DNA of 38,423 nucleotides, taken from the IMG/VR virus record IMGVR_UViG_3300037483_000410, positions 1 through 38,423 of that record. One strand, given 5' to 3'. The notes beneath the pieces were generated by a model. It was not told the DNA's origin. It did not search any database and was given only the letters and a program-made list of their open reading frames with translations. Positions within the stretch are counted from its first letter, which is position 1; every line of letters begins with the position of its first letter. The position numbers were made by a program, and so were the translations under genes. The stretch is from a virus (lineage: Duplodnaviria; Caudoviricetes). Positions 33,890-38,423 of this stretch are shown in pieces.

Positions 33890-34429
33890 ATGACGGAGAT
33901 GTTCCTGGAAATCATCAAATGGGCGATCAGCGTCGGGACAGCATCCATCGTGCTGTTGTTCCTTGGCGCGGTCGCTTGGCGAGTTTTGTTCGGGACCAAG
34001 ACATCGCTGGGTTTGTTGCAACGCTGGGAAGGTCGCCGCAGCAAGCACGAGGAAGAGCAGACGGCGATGGGCGTGGACGAGCGGGCCGCCACAAAAATTG
34101 CCGAGCGGTCTGCGTTCAATCAAAGTTCGGATCTGAGGATAATCAGAAAATCGCAGGAACCACCAGATGGTGAAGCATGGATAGCACAGGAGCAAGTGGC
34201 GGGAACAGCCGTCACGGTAGAGCAACTGAAGGTAATGGGGACGGAGTTCACGGCGATTATTCGTCTTGCTGCCTCACTGTGGCCTGAAATCAAAGATGCC
34301 ATCAATAAGCATTGCGATACCATCGAGCAAGAGGTAAAGCGATTGGCTGAAGAGTTTCTGCGAGAACAGGCGCGGTCACAGTTAAAAGCAGCAAAAAAAG
34401 CAGCACAAAAGGTAGCTGACGAAACATGA
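33890..34429 (+). CDS. Membrane-anchored coiled-coil protein
   Basis: N-terminal TM and helical C-terminus. Confidence 0.6.
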   Translation: MTEMFLEIIKWAISVGTASIVLLFLGAVAWRVLFGTKTSLGLLQRWEGRRSKHEEEQTAMGVDERAATKIAERSAFNQSSDLRIIRKSQEPPDGEAWIAQEQVAGTAVTVEQLKVMGTEFTAIIRLAASLWPEIKDAINKHCDTIEQEVKRLAEEFLREQARSQLKAAKKAAQKVADET

Positions 34430-34498
34430 ATGAGATACTACTGACATCAGTGATAGGCGGTGATCGTGGTTAGGAAGTCAGCTCATGAGGATGATAAC

Positions 34499-34843
34499 AT
34501 GACTACCACTGACAAAAACGGCGTAGTTCGCTGGCTTGGTGTGTCGGTAGACGCTTGGGCCAATCTTATTGAGCGTGTCGGCTGGTCAACGATAATGCTG
34601 ATGTTTGTCGGCTGGATGATCTGGAAGTACGTCCCTCCCGTTGTCGATGCGCACGTGAAGCTGTTAGACAGGACGGGCGACACGTTGGAGTCGATGGATG
34701 AAACGCTCAAGCAGTCCAATGCGATTCTGCTGGAGGTGAGCGACGTGGAACGGGAAACGTCCGCGTTCATGAAGCATGTTGATGAGACACATGAGAAGCA
34801 GAACGGGAAGTTGGATGTGATTATCGATCAGACGAAGAAATAG
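34499..34843 (+). CDS. Holin-like membrane protein
   Basis: LIERVGW + one TM + coiled coil ending KLDVII; size and position. Confidence 0.5.
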   Translation: MTTTDKNGVVRWLGVSVDAWANLIERVGWSTIMLMFVGWMIWKYVPPVVDAHVKLLDRTGDTLESMDETLKQSNAILLEVSDVERETSAFMKHVDETHEKQNGKLDVIIDQTKK

Positions 34844-34895
34844 CGTACTAGGTGTAAAGCCTGGCACCAGAGTTAACGAGATGGCAGGGTGAGAC

Positions 34896-36707
34896 ATGGC
34901 GACACCATTATACGTTGATCCAGCGGCGGCGGACGATACCGGTGACGGAAGCACTCCTGCCACTGCCAAGAAAACCGTCGATGCCGCCTACACTGCCGTC
35001 GATGATGGGGGAGAGGTACTGCTGTTGGCTGGCGACTACAGCCCGACGACACAGGGAGCGGGTTGGACGCTGACGCTTGACACCAGCAAGAGCTTCACGG
35101 TCAAGCCTGATCCGGCTACCGCACCAGCCATTACACTCGCCTTCGCGGGGGCTACGCGAGCCATTTACTTTCTGACGTGCGCGGCTGGCAAGACCATGCG
35201 ATTCGAGGGTGTGACAATTCCGATCACGACCGGCACGCGACTATGCACGCTGGGCGCCGATTTCGATGGTGCCGCTGAATTCGTCGACTGCGTGCTGACC
35301 TGTGGTGCCACCAATGTTAGTTTTGTGTCGGCTGATATCTCGGTACGGACACTGCTGTTCTCGGGCTGCACGATCACTACATCCAATGAGTCGTTCCTCG
35401 GCGGGATTCTTACATCTGATACTGTCGAGGTGTCGGATTCAACGATTGCCTGTACCTCCACCAGCGCGTCTGCGGCTACCGCGTTCTGTGTCTTGACGAC
35501 CGATGTCGACAGGATTCGACTACTTCGCAATACGATCACGATCAAGAATCAATTGATCGTCACCGCCGCCAGTAGCGAATACGGAAGCGTGCTCATCCAA
35601 CGCAACACCATCACATGGGCACCGACGATTTCCCGGCTGATTTACTTCCGCGACGATGCAACGACGCGCGGTCAAATCACGATCGAGGATAACCAGATTG
35701 TCACGACTGGCGCGACCACGCCCGACGGCGTGATCTATATCGGGTTCTCAACCGATCCAGTAACAGCCGCCGTGTTCAATGGACCAGTCATCATCGGCAA
35801 CGAAATCACTCAGGCCAATCTAGGATTTGGGTTCGCTATCTTTCTGGCAGGCGGATGCGAGAACGCGCACATTGCGTTCAATGACATTCGCGGTTTTTAC
35901 AGTTGCATTAGGTCGGATGACTGCTCCGGTGTCGTGGTCGATGGTAATTATTTCGAGGGCGGCGCTGCTCCAATCCTACCCCAAGGCGGAGCATATCATC
36001 GCATTGTGCACAATCACGTCATTTCCAAGAACTACGGCGGTGGAGCGGTGAATGGGCGGTGCATGCTCCTGAATCGGATCGTTAAGGCGACGAGCACGAC
36101 GACAACAGCATTCACTGCGACGACCGTCACCGATACGGGAGTCGCGCCGTGGGGAGCGAAGCAGGGATTGGTCGTGGCGGGCATGATCGCGATGGTCAAC
36201 ACGGAAACTCCAGAGTGGTGGTCACCGCTGCAATGGGCGAGGGTCGTCTCCATCACAGGGAATGAGGTGACGGTAGACGGATGGCAGAAGTGGGACGGCA
36301 GCGGAGATGCCGAAACACCCACTGATGGTCACGTGTGCAAAATCATGCGGTTTCCAACTGTTTGCGTCATCACTGATAATGTCTTCGACGGCGGCTTGGC
36401 AGATCACGCCTTGACGTTCGATTTCATTCCGATTGATCCACTGCATTACATGGACCGCAACATGTATCGCGCGGGTGCAGTCGATCTCACGATACTGGCG
36501 TCGCACATTCTGCCCGGTGGCGGACCGGCTAATCTGTCCGAGCTACAGGATGCGTGGGCCGCGATTAGTCCATCGCATCCATTGAACGACGCCCACAGCC
36601 AGGAGATTTTCTACGCGACCGCGCGGTACATCCGCAGTACTCGATGGTGGAGAATGCCGGGTTGGAGTGGGCGGATTAGACAACGCGGCTTACTGTTGCC
36701 AATCTGA
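34896..36707 (+). CDS. Right-handed beta-helix protein (pectin lyase-like; tailspike candidate)
   Basis: YVDP...DDTGDGS...AKKT start; repeated I-x-x-N-x-I turns. Confidence 0.7.
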   Translation: MATPLYVDPAAADDTGDGSTPATAKKTVDAAYTAVDDGGEVLLLAGDYSPTTQGAGWTLTLDTSKSFTVKPDPATAPAITLAFAGATRAIYFLTCAAGKTMRFEGVTIPITTGTRLCTLGADFDGAAEFVDCVLTCGATNVSFVSADISVRTLLFSGCTITTSNESFLGGILTSDTVEVSDSTIACTSTSASAATAFCVLTTDVDRIRLLRNTITIKNQLIVTAASSEYGSVLIQRNTITWAPTISRLIYFRDDATTRGQITIEDNQIVTTGATTPDGVIYIGFSTDPVTAAVFNGPVIIGNEITQANLGFGFAIFLAGGCENAHIAFNDIRGFYSCIRSDDCSGVVVDGNYFEGGAAPILPQGGAYHRIVHNHVISKNYGGGAVNGRCMLLNRIVKATSTTTTAFTATTVTDTGVAPWGAKQGLVVAGMIAMVNTETPEWWSPLQWARVVSITGNEVTVDGWQKWDGSGDAETPTDGHVCKIMRFPTVCVITDNVFDGGLADHALTFDFIPIDPLHYMDRNMYRAGAVDLTILASHILPGGGPANLSELQDAWAAISPSHPLNDAHSQEIFYATARYIRSTRWWRMPGWSGRIRQRGLLLPI

Positions 36708-36717
36708 TGAGGTAATC

Positions 36718-37650
36718 ATGGTCGAAGCGCTCAAACCATCTGGCGACACGTCTGGCGCGATCGATTCCTCCGCCATCGATCTGTCACTGGCCCGTCACAA
36801 TGCAGTCTGTTTTGGTCCGGGCCGATTCCATGTCAATCGACCGATTGCCTCTGGTCGTGTTGGCGTGTCGATTAGAGGTCTTGGTATGTGCTCGATTATT
36901 GAGGCGACTGACGGGACATTCCCCATTGTCCGCATGAGCAAAAACAACTACTCGACAGTGGCTGATCTGTGGATGATCGGCGGGCTCAATGCGGTCGATC
37001 TCGACGGCGCGTGCAGGGTAACGCTCAGCAATGTCACAATGGCCCGAACCGCTTCGCACGGGATTGTTCTGCGTGATGGAACATGGATTGTGAATGCGAA
37101 TGCCTGCCGATTAGCAAACATCGGGGGAGACGGAATCAACACCGATGGAACGAGTGCTGGCGACGGCAATGCGGTGTCGCTCCAGGGGGTGAATATCGAG
37201 GGTAGTGTAGGATGCGGTATTCGCTGGCTCGGATTCGGCTTGTCGGTCAGCGGATGCTGTGTCGAGGGGTGCAAGTCGCCCGCGATTCTGTTCGATGGAC
37301 TGGAGCACGTTGCCGGTGGGGCGACTGTTCACGGATCGTACTTCGAGAACAACGGACGAGCGAATATTGAATTTGCCAGTGCGAAGACGATGGCCTGTCA
37401 CAGCATCTCCGTGGCCGGGAACTTTTTCTATATGTCAGATCCGAAAATACCCAGCATCGTGTTCAGTGGAGAGGTTGGCGAGTCGAGGCGTGTCGTCGTT
37501 GATCGGACGAATATGTTCTCGGGCAGCGACAAGACATGGTTCATCGACGCAGGCGACAAGGCTTCCCGCTGTGAACTGCACGCCAAGAGCAGAGCGAAGA
37601 TCAACTGCACGAATCCCGAACTGAACGCGATCACATTTGATGGACCATAG
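36718..37650 (+). CDS. Pectate-lyase-superfamily beta-helix protein
   Basis: GDTSGAIDSSAI...FGPGRF start; HGI, DGI, CGI rungs; YFENN. Confidence 0.7.
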   Translation: MVEALKPSGDTSGAIDSSAIDLSLARHNAVCFGPGRFHVNRPIASGRVGVSIRGLGMCSIIEATDGTFPIVRMSKNNYSTVADLWMIGGLNAVDLDGACRVTLSNVTMARTASHGIVLRDGTWIVNANACRLANIGGDGINTDGTSAGDGNAVSLQGVNIEGSVGCGIRWLGFGLSVSGCCVEGCKSPAILFDGLEHVAGGATVHGSYFENNGRANIEFASAKTMACHSISVAGNFFYMSDPKIPSIVFSGEVGESRRVVVDRTNMFSGSDKTWFIDAGDKASRCELHAKSRAKINCTNPELNAITFDGP

Positions 37651-37711
37651 ACGCACCAGTTCAGTAACCTGGAAACATAACTCACCCGCATGGCGGGGAA
37701 GGGAGATCAAT

Positions 37712-38035
37712 ATGCTGAGAGAAGGTAATCCACTACTGATCACAATTGGCGTGACGGAGGCCGCGTCCACACCCATTGACCTGAAGGGGTATGCTGGCGG
37801 TAGTTTCGAGCTGCCAACAGGCAGCGGCACTACTGAGATCACACCGTACGCAAATGTGGGCGACGCGCCGTACGGTATCGCCAACGACGAGGACTGGCAG
37901 CCCGAGCAATCGGTTGCCGTGAGCGCCGAGGTGCCATACCCGATCACGCGATTCGCTTACCACTACAGGCGCATCAAGCTAGTGGCAAGTGCAGGCACGG
38001 CCACTGCGAACGTGCCCGTGTACCTCAAGTCGTGA
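37712..38035 (+). CDS. Hypothetical protein, possibly virion-associated
   Basis: GGGAG RBS; STPIDL...IKLV pattern. Confidence 0.55.
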   Translation: MLREGNPLLITIGVTEAASTPIDLKGYAGGSFELPTGSGTTEITPYANVGDAPYGIANDEDWQPEQSVAVSAEVPYPITRFAYHYRRIKLVASAGTATANVPVYLKS

Positions 38036-38367
38036 GTGAATTGGATATGGCAACCAAGATCAGCCACGCATGTGTACGCTGTCATCGTCTAGTGGTAGGC
38101 GAGTGTGGCTGCCATGTACGACGCGAGGCCAGGCCCACCGCGGCCAGGAGGGGATACGACGCGAAATGGCGGAAGTTTCGCGCGTGGTTCTTGCAGCGAC
38201 ACCCGCGATGTGAGGATTGTTGGTCACTCGGGATCGACAACAGGACGATGCTGGAGGTCCATCACGTGGAGCGGTTGAGGGATTCGCGGAGCAGACAGTT
38301 CGCCGAAGGCAATTGCATGACACTGTGCCAGCGGTGTCATGCGCGACGGACGGCACGTGGAGGGTGA
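38032..38367 (+). CDS. Packaging-associated HNH endonuclease (HK97 gp74-like)
   Basis: RRGYDAKW, HPRCEDC, EVHH, NCMTLCQRCH; upstream of terS on the circle. Confidence 0.9.
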   Translation: MSELDMATKISHACVRCHRLVVGECGCHVRREARPTAARRGYDAKWRKFRAWFLQRHPRCEDCWSLGIDNRTMLEVHHVERLRDSRSRQFAEGNCMTLCQRCHARRTARGG

Positions 38368-38392
38368 CGCCCAGGCATCTACCCCCCCCGGG

Positions 38393-38423
38393 TCGTTTTT
38401 TCAGGATAGGCGAGGGACGGGAC
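38393..38423. other. Left half of an inverted repeat spanning the genome junction (probable cos region)
   Basis: GCGAGGG (38410-38416) / CCCTCGC (38423 + 1-6); TCGTTTTT (38393-38400) / AAAAACGA (21-28). Confidence 0.6.

Noticed and set aside
1-38423. Diversity-generating retroelement, retron or IS element
   Set aside because: No reverse transcriptase or transposase motifs and no TR/VR pair noticed by eye; the 28943 HTH resembles an IS30 N-terminus but has no DDE domain

Overview
The window looks like a complete ~38.4 kb, GC-rich temperate tailed phage genome (HK97-like head, non-contractile tail). It is opened at its probable cos junction: it starts just upstream of the small terminase, ends just after the packaging HNH gene, and an inverted repeat spans the end-to-start join. 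Gene order: terS, terL, portal, ClpP-type protease, capsid, neck, tail tube, frameshifted tail chaperones, a very short tape measure and Cys-rich tail-tip genes (0.15-14.6 kb). Next is a promoter-driven array of tiny accessory genes (14.7-16.1 kb), then the only minus-strand gene, a tyrosine integrase broken by an in-frame TAG, beside an attP matching the 3' half of tRNA-Asp. The control/early region holds an XRE repressor, HNH, CsrA, a DUF3102-like protein, tRNA-fMet, an RNAP alpha-CTD protein, a second FimB/XerD-sized recombinase and a replication initiator with internal iterons. The late region (27-38 kb) has no recognisable canonical endolysin. It carries two signal-peptide SAM methyltransferases sharing a Cys/His motif, a papain-like peptidase, DUF1353, several membrane or exported proteins, a non-canonical tRNA and two beta-helix proteins. 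A Planctomycetota host is inferred from gene content and is not proven. All family assignments come from motif recognition by eye; no database searches were run.
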